A DNA stretch of 64,000 nucleotides from Psammoneis japonica (taxonomy: Eukaryota), in the NCBI GenBank assembly GCA_008632985.1, contig QPGO01000030.1, positions 433,135 to 497,134 of the forward strand, read 5' to 3'. Position numbers and translations under genes: made by a program. This document shows, piece after piece, positions 22,795 to 34,500 of the stretch. Numbering within the stretch: the stretch's first letter is position 1; every line of letters starts with the position of its first letter. The notes beneath the pieces were generated by a model. It saw nothing but the letters and a program-made list of their open reading frames with translations, was not told where the DNA came from and did not search any database.

Positions 22795-24798
22795 ATGAAA
22801 ACGAAGCTCTCGCTCCCGGACCGTCCCTTCGATCGTGCGGGTGGAACTGACGTGCAACTGTCCCGCGGGGCAACCTCTCTCCCTAATCTTGAAAAAGCAA
22901 AGGGAAAATTCCTCATCGTTCTTCCAGGAATCATGTCTTTGAGACCGCCGGCCAAGTCGAAGAAGGAGTTGTTTTCGAGCCAAGATGGTGCTACAACAGT
23001 ATCCCTGACTCAAGACACAGAAGCTGCAGCTTCATCATCAGCTGAAACTGCCGTATCTCTAACTCAAGACTCATCGGACCAAGACTTAAGAGAAAAGAGT
23101 GCCGAGGAAGGCGACGGCGACAAGAAGCCTGCGACAAGTAGGTCTACCGCAGCAAAGCTGGCTCTGCCGACCATGGGAAGTATCGAAAACCTGGGGACCG
23201 ATGCACCACTTCTGAAGGTTCCGTTTGATGATGGCCGCGTCCTCGTTTTTAATGGCAAAAAGATTGAATCTAGCTCAAAGTTCATGATGTTGACCTGCAA
23301 GGGCAACAAGAAATCAGTAACTTGCAAAGGCATTTTTCACTCTGCGATTGTCTTTGGAGAGGGTGCGTGGCAATCTGACCGTGCTGCTGTCGTTTCCGAA
23401 AGTGGTGCTGTCTGCTTGGAAGATGATGGTTCCCCTTTTAATAACTATGGGAGTTCTGATCGAACTGTGGACGGAGGGAACAGTGGTGGATCTACAAGGG
23501 TTGTACGAAAGCGAGTTCCGGTGGCTCAGCGAAAGACTGCCCCGTTATTGTCGGAGGACGATGAGGCTATAGTCATTCATTCGGATGATTCAGATCCAGA
23601 ACAGGTAGAGTTAGTGATGGATCATGACAGCAGTGAAGATGAATACGTTGATGTAGGTCGCAGCGGTGGACAAGAAGCAAGTGCACCGAGAAGGAAGTCT
23701 CGACGCAGCGCTGGAAAGGCAACCGTGAGATACACCGACTCGGCAGAAACAGACTCGGATGAGGAACGATCAACGTCAGGCGAAGATGAAGGCAACGAGG
23801 AAGCAGGTTCAACTACAAAGTCACAGATGAAGAAAGCAATCGCTACTTCAAACAAAGCTGCGGCTGCCACCGCGAACGATGAAGCGGATGATTCTGAAGC
23901 AGATGATGATACCTACTCAGTCTCCAGTCGTGACGCAGAAGAGAACCAAATTCCGAGAAGGAAGACTCCTCGAAGAAGTACCACAAAGACCAATCCAATC
24001 TACCTAGACACTGACAAAGATAGCAGCGATGAAGACGAGGAAACAGAGGATAAGGAAAACGAAACAAAAGGAAGGGCAACGAAAGCCGCCGCATCTCGGA
24101 AGAGTGAGCGGTCTACTGAGATTATTGAAATCGAATTGGATGAGGATAGCAACGACGACAAGCCCTCGATAAGAGCAAGGAAGAGGAAGTCTTCTCCGCG
24201 GGATACTGTGGATAGGGATGACTATGTTGCAACCAGCGATGAAGACGCACAGGAAGCCCCAACGAAACGAAGAAAGGCTCCAAGACGGAGCGCCGCTAAA
24301 ATACAATACGTGGATCTCAGCGAAAGCGAAGACGACGATAAAGAGTTAAAAAGTGATGAAGAGAGCGTTGAAGCAAAAAACGAGAAGAAGATTGGTGGGA
24401 AACGTCGATCCAATCGGCCGACTCAGAGAACACAGAGGGCTCAGAATCGCGGCAGTGAGGTTGACGTGATAGAAGTGGGTGGCAATGACTCGAAACCAAA
24501 AAACATACGAAAGAGAACAGCGACGGGTGACTTGGAAGTGTTGGGTGTTGTCAATGCAGAAGGGACGGCTATGTCGAGTACTGATTCAAAGACAAAGTCG
24601 CTCCTGAACGCAAAGAAGAGTACTGATGTCAATTCTGAGGAAGAAGTGACGTCAAAGGCATCGGCATCACCGGAACCGAAATCCCCCTCTCCAACAAGCA
24701 GGAGACCTAGATTTTCTCCATCTTGGTCTAGAAAGAAGAGGTCGCCTGCGAAACGGAAAGTGGACATGTCTAATGATGACGAGTTCACCTTTCTCTGA
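22795..24798 (+). CDS. RHL1-like DNA-binding protein (topoisomerase VI accessory) with long acidic/basic disordered tail
   Basis: 667-aa ORF. KGKFLIVLPG..MGSIENLGTDAPLLKVPF..SKFMMLT..VTCKGIFHSAIVF resembles the plant RHL1 core (recalled). The true start may be ATG 22716 if a homopolymer indel is present. Confidence 0.6.
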   Translation: MKTKLSLPDRPFDRAGGTDVQLSRGATSLPNLEKAKGKFLIVLPGIMSLRPPAKSKKELFSSQDGATTVSLTQDTEAAASSSAETAVSLTQDSSDQDLREKSAEEGDGDKKPATSRSTAAKLALPTMGSIENLGTDAPLLKVPFDDGRVLVFNGKKIESSSKFMMLTCKGNKKSVTCKGIFHSAIVFGEGAWQSDRAAVVSESGAVCLEDDGSPFNNYGSSDRTVDGGNSGGSTRVVRKRVPVAQRKTAPLLSEDDEAIVIHSDDSDPEQVELVMDHDSSEDEYVDVGRSGGQEASAPRRKSRRSAGKATVRYTDSAETDSDEERSTSGEDEGNEEAGSTTKSQMKKAIATSNKAAAATANDEADDSEADDDTYSVSSRDAEENQIPRRKTPRRSTTKTNPIYLDTDKDSSDEDEETEDKENETKGRATKAAASRKSERSTEIIEIELDEDSNDDKPSIRARKRKSSPRDTVDRDDYVATSDEDAQEAPTKRRKAPRRSAAKIQYVDLSESEDDDKELKSDEESVEAKNEKKIGGKRRSNRPTQRTQRAQNRGSEVDVIEVGGNDSKPKNIRKRTATGDLEVLGVVNAEGTAMSSTDSKTKSLLNAKKSTDVNSEEEVTSKASASPEPKSPSPTSRRPRFSPSWSRKKRSPAKRKVDMSNDDEFTFL

Positions 24799-25033
24799 AA
24801 CGGTCAGCAACGTTACGCGGTATTGAGATTGTATTTAGACAATCATTCAGGGCGCTCCTACTCTGCTGCGAAACACCTTTAAGCACGTATGCCGTCCGCG
24901 GCGCAAAGGGAATTTTAACAAGCACTGTTGAATATCCAATAGCTTCTAGAGTGCTGTATTTTTTTTTGGCTCCGGAGACTAAGTCGCATGACAATGGTTA
25001 GGCAACACCTCTATCGTACAAATTGGCTCCCGC

Positions 25034-26291
25034 CTAGCCGTTACGTTGAGTCATTGACAAGACGGAACAATTCCCGAAGTCATGGATAAGAGGTGAAAAT
25101 CCTGATAGCCAGCTCTTGGTCTCTTCCACCTCATGTCTCCCATAAAGCTGCAAAAAGTCAGCTTGCTTCATCACTTGTACATTTATCTTGCGATCCCACG
25201 TCTTTTCGATGAAAGCTGCAAGTCGATCGAAATTTGTGGGGAAAAGTATATCGCACAAAGGTGGACATTCGAGAAAGCAGGCATAGTCGGAATCATCCAT
25301 TGCAGTGATTAAGGGTTCACCCTCTGCTATTGTGGATCTCCTCATCAACGGGGAGACGAGGTCGGGCGGCGGAAGCCAGTCAAAGTCTGCGAGGAGTAAT
25401 GAGGAGTTGGGACGGTCGCGTGCGAGTCGCTCAAGCACCCCACATGCAACTGAAGGCACCCAACTAGGTCGTCCGGATCTACCATACATTGGCACTTTCT
25501 CCAGCACACTTGATAAGAGGTCATCGGTCATGGGAACAAATACTTCCTCAAGCTGCTGGCCTCTATGGTTTTCTTTGGAGTTTGGCTCTTTTGTCGTTTC
25601 GTGAAGCTCTGCTTGTTCAAGCTCCCGGGTTGTGGTTGATCGTTGTATCTTATCGTGAGGGAGGTTATCCAAGAGCTCAAGAGCAACAACAATAGTATGG
25701 ATGTCTGATGTACCTAGGAAAGGAACTCTATAACGGCAACGACGACAGGATAACATAGTCACCAACACAGTCACAAACAGAGACAAGACACGTCATTGAT
25801 GAGCCTTGTCCTCACTCACTTGTTTTCCGCGACATGAGCTAAATCTTTCAAAACAAAGTCGACCTTGTCGCCGTGTCCCCCCTTTCAATGACTTTCTTCT
25901 GGAGCTCGTGTAGAGAAGGCGAAGAGTCGATAATTGTGTATGACAATTTGTCATAAAGTATTGGCTGGGAGTTCCGGAGATGTGAAAGCACTATGGTAGC
26001 GTTCGTTCCACGTCCCCCGCCCAATTCAATAATGTGAGTATCCTCTTGCATGCTAGCTGTAGATGCGACAAAATTCGCCAGGATTCGAGAGTAATAAGGC
26101 CGAAACAACTCAACCGGTGTCAGCCATTGTCCTTCTTGTTTGTCATAAATGTCTTTATAGACTCGTCTCCAGTGAAACTCCCCAAAGAGAGACGTGAACG
26201 GAACACTTTCTAAGGAATGGCCCACCACACTCGGAGAAGGTTGCTTGTAGTAATCGGAAAGCTGCTTTCCAACATACCGCCTCACCAGCAT
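25034..26291 (-). CDS. NDUFAF7/MidA-like SAM-dependent methyltransferase; one intron and an apparent frameshift at a G6 run (~25880)
   Basis: WLTPVELFRPYYS, IIELGGGRGTNA, YTIIDSSPSL, ALELLDNLPHDK, ADFDWLP and CDILFPTNF motifs. Confidence 0.75.
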
Positions 26292-26401
26292 GTTGAACGG
26301 TGAACGGTGAAAAAGTGCAACCGGAATGCATCAATCCTTTGGTATCTATCAATCATCATCGCTCATCGCAATCCCCACCAAAGTGGGGTGGCACGGCTCT
26401 C

Positions 26402-26495
26402 TAGTCACGAGTCGCGATTGTTAGCGGGACTGAAGGGAGTGATACGACTCCGCCGGAGTCGTATCACTCCCTTGAGTCCCGCCAATTCGTGACTA
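26402..26495. repeat. Long intergenic hairpin/palindrome
   Basis: Perfect 20-bp arms AAGGGAGTGATACGACTCCG-c-CGGAGTCGTATCACTCCCTT (26433-26473), extended by GCGGGACT/AGTCCCGC and TAGTCACGA/TCGTGACTA. Confidence 0.9.
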
Positions 26496-27051
26496 AAAAT
26501 TTCACGCGGGCTCCCGCAGCATGGCACCGAATGGCACAATGCCGTCTCTTCCGCCGTCGTTCCCGGGGTTTTGTCGCCGCTTTCTTGCCCCCTCTGCACA
26601 GTCTTTGAGCAATGATACACCAAGACAACCCTGTTGGTAGCCTTGTTGTTGCTTTTGATGGTGTTTGCCAGCATCGCCTTTCACATCCCGCAGCGCCCAG
26701 GGCCGGGCAACGTGACAAAGTCTTGCTCATCTCCTGCTTGAAACCACAACGTGAGAATTGTTGTTCTCGCCATTCCTTCATGCCATGTTAGGAAAATTGA
26801 CAGCACCCTAACAGCAGAGCTTATCTAGCATGGATGGCGGGGCGAGCAGGTGAGGTTCAAGGTAAGGTGGGCGGGTGGGTGGGTGCCGGGCGGGCGGTCT
26901 GTCATTCGAAACAAGTCCAGCCTCCGTCCGTCAACCGCAATTTGCACGCGTAGGACGGGCAGACGCGACACGCAAACGAATGCTTGATAGATGCCAATCC
27001 ACCAATGGCGAATGTGCTGTGTATTCATCGGACGATTCAATTGTTGCAGAA

Positions 27052-28387
27052 ATGGTTGATACCGTCAACCCTGTGAATCCTACCTCGATGGGTGCCTTGC
27101 TTTCTGAAGAATATACGATGAATCCTTACACGCACCTCCCATCATTTCTCGAGATGATGAGTGAGTCTCTCGCAACTACTGTAGTATTCGTGCCTGATTG
27201 CAAATGATTTGCTGACCTTTTGTGTTGCCGTTCTGCTCACAGTGATAGAAGAAACAGCTTCGTCGGGAAGACATTTGTTGATGACGACGTTAGATGCCGC
27301 TGTGTCGCACGCTTCTTTCATTGCATCAGCCTCCTCCAACGACTCAAGCTTTTGGCTGAAGCTGCGCCTTTCCGCAGCCCGTTTATTTGAGTCGATTGGA
27401 CGTGACTACAGTCCAGAAATTAGGATGATCATCTCGTATTTTATGGAGCTTCGATGTTTAAAGTCCAATGCATGCGCCACTATCTCGGAATCCATGTTTG
27501 GCACTAGAAGAGCTAAACTGGGCGAGAACACTGAACCAACCCGTCATGGCAGTAAATCATACCGTAAGATCCTCCCGTTGACGGAGCATGACAAAACGCG
27601 CCTCGCTCTGATTCTTGCTATAAGCCCTTACGCGAAGGAAAAACTCGACAACCTATTTCAGAGACTCAACACACAACAACAGCAAGCAGTCCAACCGTTT
27701 GGCGCACCTGGTGTCTTGGACACATGGACGAGGCTACGCCAAAGGATTCGTTCACTTTTTGTGTGGGTATATCCCTTCTTACACATGACACATGAAGGGA
27801 CAATGCTAGCCTACGAGTGGTCATACTTAGTTGGAAAGTCTGTTTTCTTCTCGCCGTCTTCTCACCTCTTGGGACTCATCGTCCGAAGAGCTACAACTGC
27901 TGATATGCAAAGCTCTCGGAATGAAAAATATTCGAAACCTTCGAAATATTTGGCAAGGCATGATCGACTTGGATCTATCCTGCGAAAGCTGCGTCTTCTT
28001 GGCGTCACCTGTGTCTCGGCGGCTCTTGTTATTGGTTGGATTTCACAGGTCAGGCGTGAAATGCGCCGTCGCAGACGGGAAGTTTTGCAAGAAGGCAGAT
28101 CATCTCGCGCTGAACAAATGTATGCAATTCCTCCTCCTCAGTCTCCACCTTTGAATATTCAAGAATCGGACCGAATAAGGCAGCTCTCTGGGGACGTTAC
28201 TCTCTGTCCTCTATGCCGGAAACCCAGGATTAACCCCGCCGCATCGACGTCTGGCCATGTCTTTTGCTACAGGTGCTTGTTACTTTATGTCCGTGAACAT
28301 GGCGTGTGTCCGTTAACAGGGATCGATTGTCCCGAATCTGACATTGTTCGCATATATGAGCCGAACCGCATCGCCCAGTCAGAATGA
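27052..28387 (+). CDS. PEX12: Peroxin 12 (RING-type peroxisomal E3), exons 27052-27160 and 27243-28387
   Basis: N-terminal PSFLEM, ATISESMFG.RR, IPPP, and C-terminal CPLCRKPRINPAASTSGHVFCYRC..YVREHGVCPLTG; GTGAGT..CAG intron. Confidence 0.82.
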
Positions 28388-28531
28388 TGAGTTGCATGGC
28401 ATGCGTACTCTCTAGAGGTACGCTCACAGCCATCATCAACTTCACAATTTGGAGCGGTCAGTATCAACCAGAATAGCACATAATAAGATGAGCAACTATT
28501 TTCTTATGTCCCTTACTCAACCTAAGGCATT

Positions 28532-31500
28532 TCAACGTCGGGCAGCGCCAAACGGCGTCGGACTTCCGAATGATCCTCCCAAGCCGCTTGAGGGTGAACC
28601 AAAGGCGCCAAACCCAGTGGATCCCTGAGTTGCACTGCCCATTTGCGGCGTTGAGCTCTGGGCAACAGCACCAAAAGAAGTGGCGAAGCCTGCAGAGCTA
28701 CCAAAAGTAGAGCCTGACTTGGCAGCTCCACCGAAGGCGTTGGCAGGAGCATTGTTTCCCAAGGGAGCAGTCTGGCCAAAACCAGGAGTCCCACCCCCAA
28801 ATGGTGAAGATCCAAATGTTGATGGCTGGCCAAAGCTCGACGTGCCAGGTGATGCGGTTGTTGTTGCACTTACGCCAAAGACAGCTGGATCAAGGGTGTA
28901 CTGTACAAGAATTGCATTTGTTAGGTATCATAAGATAGACAAGCTTTCGTTATCTGAGAGCATAACATACCTTCTTTGCCAAGTTCAGAAACAACTGCTC
29001 TTCCTTGTTCTTATATTTGTCCAGCAGCCTGTCAACCTCTGAGAGCTTTGCTGGGTTCTTTTGCTGGTAGAATTCAATGAGCAAGTCGCGCGGGTTGCGA
29101 CCGCCAAACTTTTGGTTGTTTTGGCCTGGAGCCGGGGCATAACTCGCGCCGCCGAAGGAAAGCCCCGGTTGCGCCGGTTGTCCGAACGGAGTCGAACTAG
29201 GCGTTCCAAACGGGGTAGGACTCGAGTTTTGGACAGGTGGGTTCCCAAAGACGGAAGAGGGAGCTGCTTGAGACCCTCCTGACACAACAAACGGAGACGG
29301 AGACATTGGTGGCTTCGACGGCGCATCAAAAGAAGGAGCGGGGGGGTTGACTGCTGACCCTAGCTTTGATTGTAACGGTTTTGCGTTCACCGCGAACGGT
29401 GATGGCGACGAAATATCGCTGTTGAAAGTTATGCCGACGGTAGAAGCAGACACCGCTGAGTCCAGAGGATTGGCAGCGTTGTACTTCTTTGCCAGTTTTT
29501 CAAACAATTCGCTCTCCCGCCCCTACAAAGTTGAATCCAATGATGAAAATGAAATGAGGATATACTCAAGATACGTAGACTATTCCTACACCCAACATAC
29601 CCAAAACAACTAACCTTGTACTTCTGGAGGGTCCTGTCCACATCGCCAACCTTCGATGGGTTCACTTTTTCATAAAATTTCGTCAAGATTGCATGGTAGT
29701 CCCTCGCATCAACTGCTTTCGTAGGCGAGGACTCAGCCATATCACTGAAGGTAGCTTTGGGACTCGTTTCCCTTTCAGTCGTCGTGGCAACAAGGGATTC
29801 CCCGAGTAAATTCATGCTCCCGAACGATGACGTCTTCATACCTGCGGACGACGATGCGGGTGGGTTCTTCAATTGTGTCTCGGCACTTTCGTCGTGGTTT
29901 GACTGGAAAACTCCCCTGGATTCACTGGTCGATGACGATTTCCCGGTGGTTCCCGAACGAGACGATTTCTCTGGTTTCGCTGGTGGCGGGACAGAACTTT
30001 CCATTTGCGAGAAAGGTTTTGGGGCTACCTTTGACATGGGTGGAAACGCGGCTGCCTGTGGTTTGGGGCGAATCGGAGTCTTAGATTTCGAAGCGGCAGA
30101 TGGGGGGGCGCCATAGGTTTCACTGACAACGATGCTTTAGCTGGAATTTCTTGTTGTTGTAGTTCTTCTGAGAGATCCGATGCATTTGTGAAAGCCAATC
30201 CTGACTGAGAAGCGACCCCATCGCCACGCCTTTTTGTGTCAATCGCAGCGAGAGTTTTTTCTGGTGTCGTGCCAAATGCACTGAGAGCCTTCTGCGCTGC
30301 AGTCGAAGAACTCACCTCCTTTACTTTCTGCGGAACAGCAAAGTTGAGAGCTCGTGCCTTTGTTTGGGCACTAATGGGCGTTTTCCAGTCCGATCTAACT
30401 GATGTCAAAGGCGAAGGGGAAATAAGCAGCCCCCCTTGAGACGATCGTGCGCGGTCTGTACTGCTAATCTCACTGTCGTAAGCTTCTGCTCGATGCATTG
30501 AACGTTGTGACAATAGCTTAGACCCACCTAAACTTCTCCAATCGTTCTGAACTGTTTTCTGCTTTTGCTGGGAATTTGACATAAATACTCGAGACTTCTG
30601 CAGCAATGGCTTTCGTGGGATGTTGGCCTTTCTGAGAGCTTGAGTTGCCAGTTCCACCCGGCGGATCCGTTCTGCCGTGGAACAAAGCGCTTCAGGACTT
30701 GATAGAGAAGACATTGCTTTGGGATGGAATGGCCTCAGAAGGGAGTGCGATCGGCTCAAAACGCCGTCTCCGGTCTTTCGGGGTGGTTGTCTTTGATGGG
30801 CTGGCCTTTGGAAGAGCCAGGGCGGACGGACTTCCCGGCTTGCGTGCTGGTTTTGTCATCTCGAACAAACGGCTTCGAACCGATGCTACAATTGTCTCCA
30901 AATCTTTTGTACGTTTGTATCCCTTTTGCATCGACAAAAGCAAAGCGGTATTCGCCATTTTTGACGACACAACTCCTGACGAATCACCCGTGTCAGCAAA
31001 CAGTTGTTTCGATAAAATGATACTCTCACGTAAGCCATTTAGCTTGCGTTGCACGAATCCCGCTTTGGACCCTACGCGGCGACGGATTGCCTCTGATTCC
31101 GAATCCAGAGGCTGCGACTTCAGAAGTTCCGACATTTGACCACCCCCTGCGTCACCCTTGCTATTGTCAATCAGTCGCTTGGATTCTGCATTTTGCTTTT
31201 GAACATCAGCATTTCGGCTCATCAAGAAAACTGCGCTCTCTTTATGTTCTGGAACAACTTTTTCTCGACTCTCAACTTCCATAGTAACGTGATCAATCTC
31301 ATTAATCAGGCTTGTAATATCCTTCTCAAAAGTGCTATCGCGGAAGCTATCACCGCCTGACATAGCGGGCAGTCTAGTCACAAGGTTCCGATACTCAGCT
31401 TCATAAACTGAAGCTGCAGGTTTCATTTCCGGTCTTGCTACAGATTTATTGTGCTCAGAAGCATGTTTCGGTTTGCCGGGAGTTCTAGAATGCCCAGTAA

Positions 31501-34500
31501 CACTGGTTTTCATACCCAAACCTTTCTCAAATGGAATGGACGCTGCCGCTGCCGAAGGACGGTGACCAGCTGGACTAAATGGGTGAGCGGAAGCTCCGGA
31601 TAACCTGTCACGGGAAGCACTGCCTGGCTTTGATGGTTGCTTTGTCGCAGAGAAACCTGTTGTTCCTGAATCAACAACAGATTTTTGTTCTTCCGTTTTC
31701 TTTGAGGAATCCGTCGAAGTCGAAGACGTGTCAATCAACGGCTTCACAATCGGTGCAAGTGTAGGACCAACGGTCGAACCCGAAAAAACAGTGGGACTTG
31801 CACCAAACGGAGAAGCGCCAGTGCCAGCTCGATACGAGGTAGTCGATCCTGAGCTCGGTATCATCGTGGGATCCTTCGTGGTTGTTGACGACGAGGAGAG
31901 TTTGCTGAACGCCGTAGGCGCTGTCGTTGGAAGCGGAGGATACAAAGAATCCGGTACACTAGGTTTCGGCGTCTTTTCATCGGGAGGCTTTGTATCAAGC
32001 TTTTCTTCGTTTGATAGGTTCTTGGGTTCTGTAGCACTTGCTGACACCTTGGATTGTACGCTACTGAACGGAGTTGGCGCTTTTGTTGCAAGTGGAGGAT
32101 AAGCAGTCTTGGTATCTACACTCGACATCTTGCTGGTCTCCTTTGTGACTGTTGACGACGAGGAGAGCTTGCTGAACGCCGTTGGAGCTGTCATTGGAAG
32201 CGGAGGATATAGCGAATCTGGTGGACTAGGTTTCGGCGTCTTTTCAGCCGGAGGCTTTGTATCAAGCTTTTCTTCGTATGATAGATTCTTGGGTTCCGTA
32301 AAACTTGTTGACACCTTGGGTTGTATGCTACTGAACGGAGTTGGCGCTTTCGTTGCAAGTGGAGGATAAGCGGCCTTGGTATCGACACTCGACATCTTGC
32401 TGCGCTCCTTTGTGGCTGTTGACGAGGAGAGTCTGCTGAATGGCGTTGGAGCTGTCGTTGGAAGCGGAGGATAAGAAGAATCCGGTACACAAGGTTTCGG
32501 CGTCATTTCAGCAGGAGGCTTTGTATCAAGCTTATCTTCGCTTGATAGCTTCTTGGGTTCCATAACACTTGATGACACCTTGGATTGCGAGCTACTGAAC
32601 GGAGTTGGCGCTTTCGCTGAAAGTGGAGGATAAGAGGCCTCGCTGTCAACGCTCGAAGTCTTGCTGGGTTCCTTTGTGGTTGGTGGCGACGCGAAGACTT
32701 TGCTGAACGGCGTTGGAGCTGTCTTTGAAAGCGGAGGATACGTAGAATCGCTTACACTAGGTGTCGGCGCCTTCTCAGCTGGAGGCTTTGTATCAAGCGT
32801 TGCCTCTGATCCTGTCGAACCGATGGTGGTCTTGCTTTCTAGATTCTTGGGGGGCATCGGACTTGACGACGTCTTGGATTGTACGCTACTGAAAGGAGTT
32901 GGCGCTTTCGTTGCAAGTGGAGGATAAGGCGAAGCTGCAGCCTCTGCTTGCGTTTGGCTAACGAACGGAGTTGGCGCTTTCGTTGCAAGTGAAGGAAATG
33001 GCGAAACTGCAGCCTCTTCTTTCTTTTCCTTTTCCGCACTACCTGAAGAAGATTTTGCCGAAGGAAATCGAAATGGGGAAGACAAGCTTGAAGAAGGACC
33101 CTTCTCTCCCGTCGTCGTGCTAGCGTTACCACCGAAGCTGAAGCCAGTTGCCTTTACGGCCGCAGGTCCTCCGAAACTTGAACCAGCTGCTGGTATGCCA
33201 AATGAGAATCCCTTTGATCCTGACGTGGCTGCATCGTTCGCGGTTTGCCCAAACGAGCTTGCGCCAAAAGTAAACGTCGATGCAGGGGCTTTTGCGTCAG
33301 TACTCGACTCACTACCGGAAGGGGCTTCCGATGCTGCAATATTCTGGTCGCCTTGAATCGCTGCCGGTGTCGCGCCGAACGTAAATCCTCCGGGACCAAT
33401 GCCAGATCCGTCAGTCATTTTGCTATCTTGCTTCTCGACCGCGTCTTCACTGTGCCCAGGTCTGGGAGTTTCACAGGCTGGGCAAACTGTAGCACTCTCA
33501 GGGTTGCTAACCATGCAAACACTGCATTTCCAGGTAGCTTCAGATGTTTGAAACACTCCTACCCACCCACTGGCGGTCTGGGATGACGAGGCATCGGGGG
33601 TAGGTGACGCATCTGTATCCTCGGTTTCACTGACCAGCTCTTCCTCTGACGACGATTCACTCTCTTCGCAAAACAACCACCTCAAGTACCAAGCAATAAA
33701 GTTATTCCAGTGAATGTTCCCATCAGAATCTGCCAATTTCTCTTTCTTCCGACCAAGCTCTTCCTCGCAGTACGTTGTACCCAGCGCTTTAATGAGCTTG
33801 TCAAACGATGAGGCTGCAATGTACATTTCTGTCCCTTCCCCTTCGGCCATACCCGAGAATACCTTTTCAGCCCTCTCCGCCTCTTCAGCTCGCTCTGCTG
33901 CTTCATCAGAGTCCAACGAAGCAGCGTCACCACGACCAGTGTCACAAAGACTGCAATACCAGGAAATAAACGACGAGCGATCAATGAACTTTGTTCCTTC
34001 TGGGTCGACAAGATTCATTTGGTTTTCAAGCTCGTCTCCATGAAACCCTTCACCCAGCTCATCTACCATGTCTTCGAACTTAGAGACTGGAACCTTTCCT
34101 ACTTTTGAATCATCAAAGGTATCAAACACCCTGGCGGCATTCGCAGCACCTGGCCTTCCCAATAACGATTCCGTTGACGGTGTTTCCAGAGATGTGGACG
34201 ACTCCTTTGTTTCTGATTCGGTTTCCAAGGAGGAAGGAATGGATTCTGGTTGTTCTTCTTTCTCTTTAGAATCGTTTGAAGTCGAAGGCGTGCCAAACAA
34301 AGGCTTCACCATGGTCTGTGCAAGTCGACTACCGCCAGTCGAGCCAGGAATATCTGTGGAAAATGCATTGAAAGGAGAAGCGCTCGTCGCCGTCGAGCTC
34401 CGAATACCCGTGGAAAAGGCATTGAATGGAGAAGTGCCAGATGCAGACGTCGTACTTGATCCAAACGATGGAGCAGATCGACCCGAGCCAATGGCGCCCT

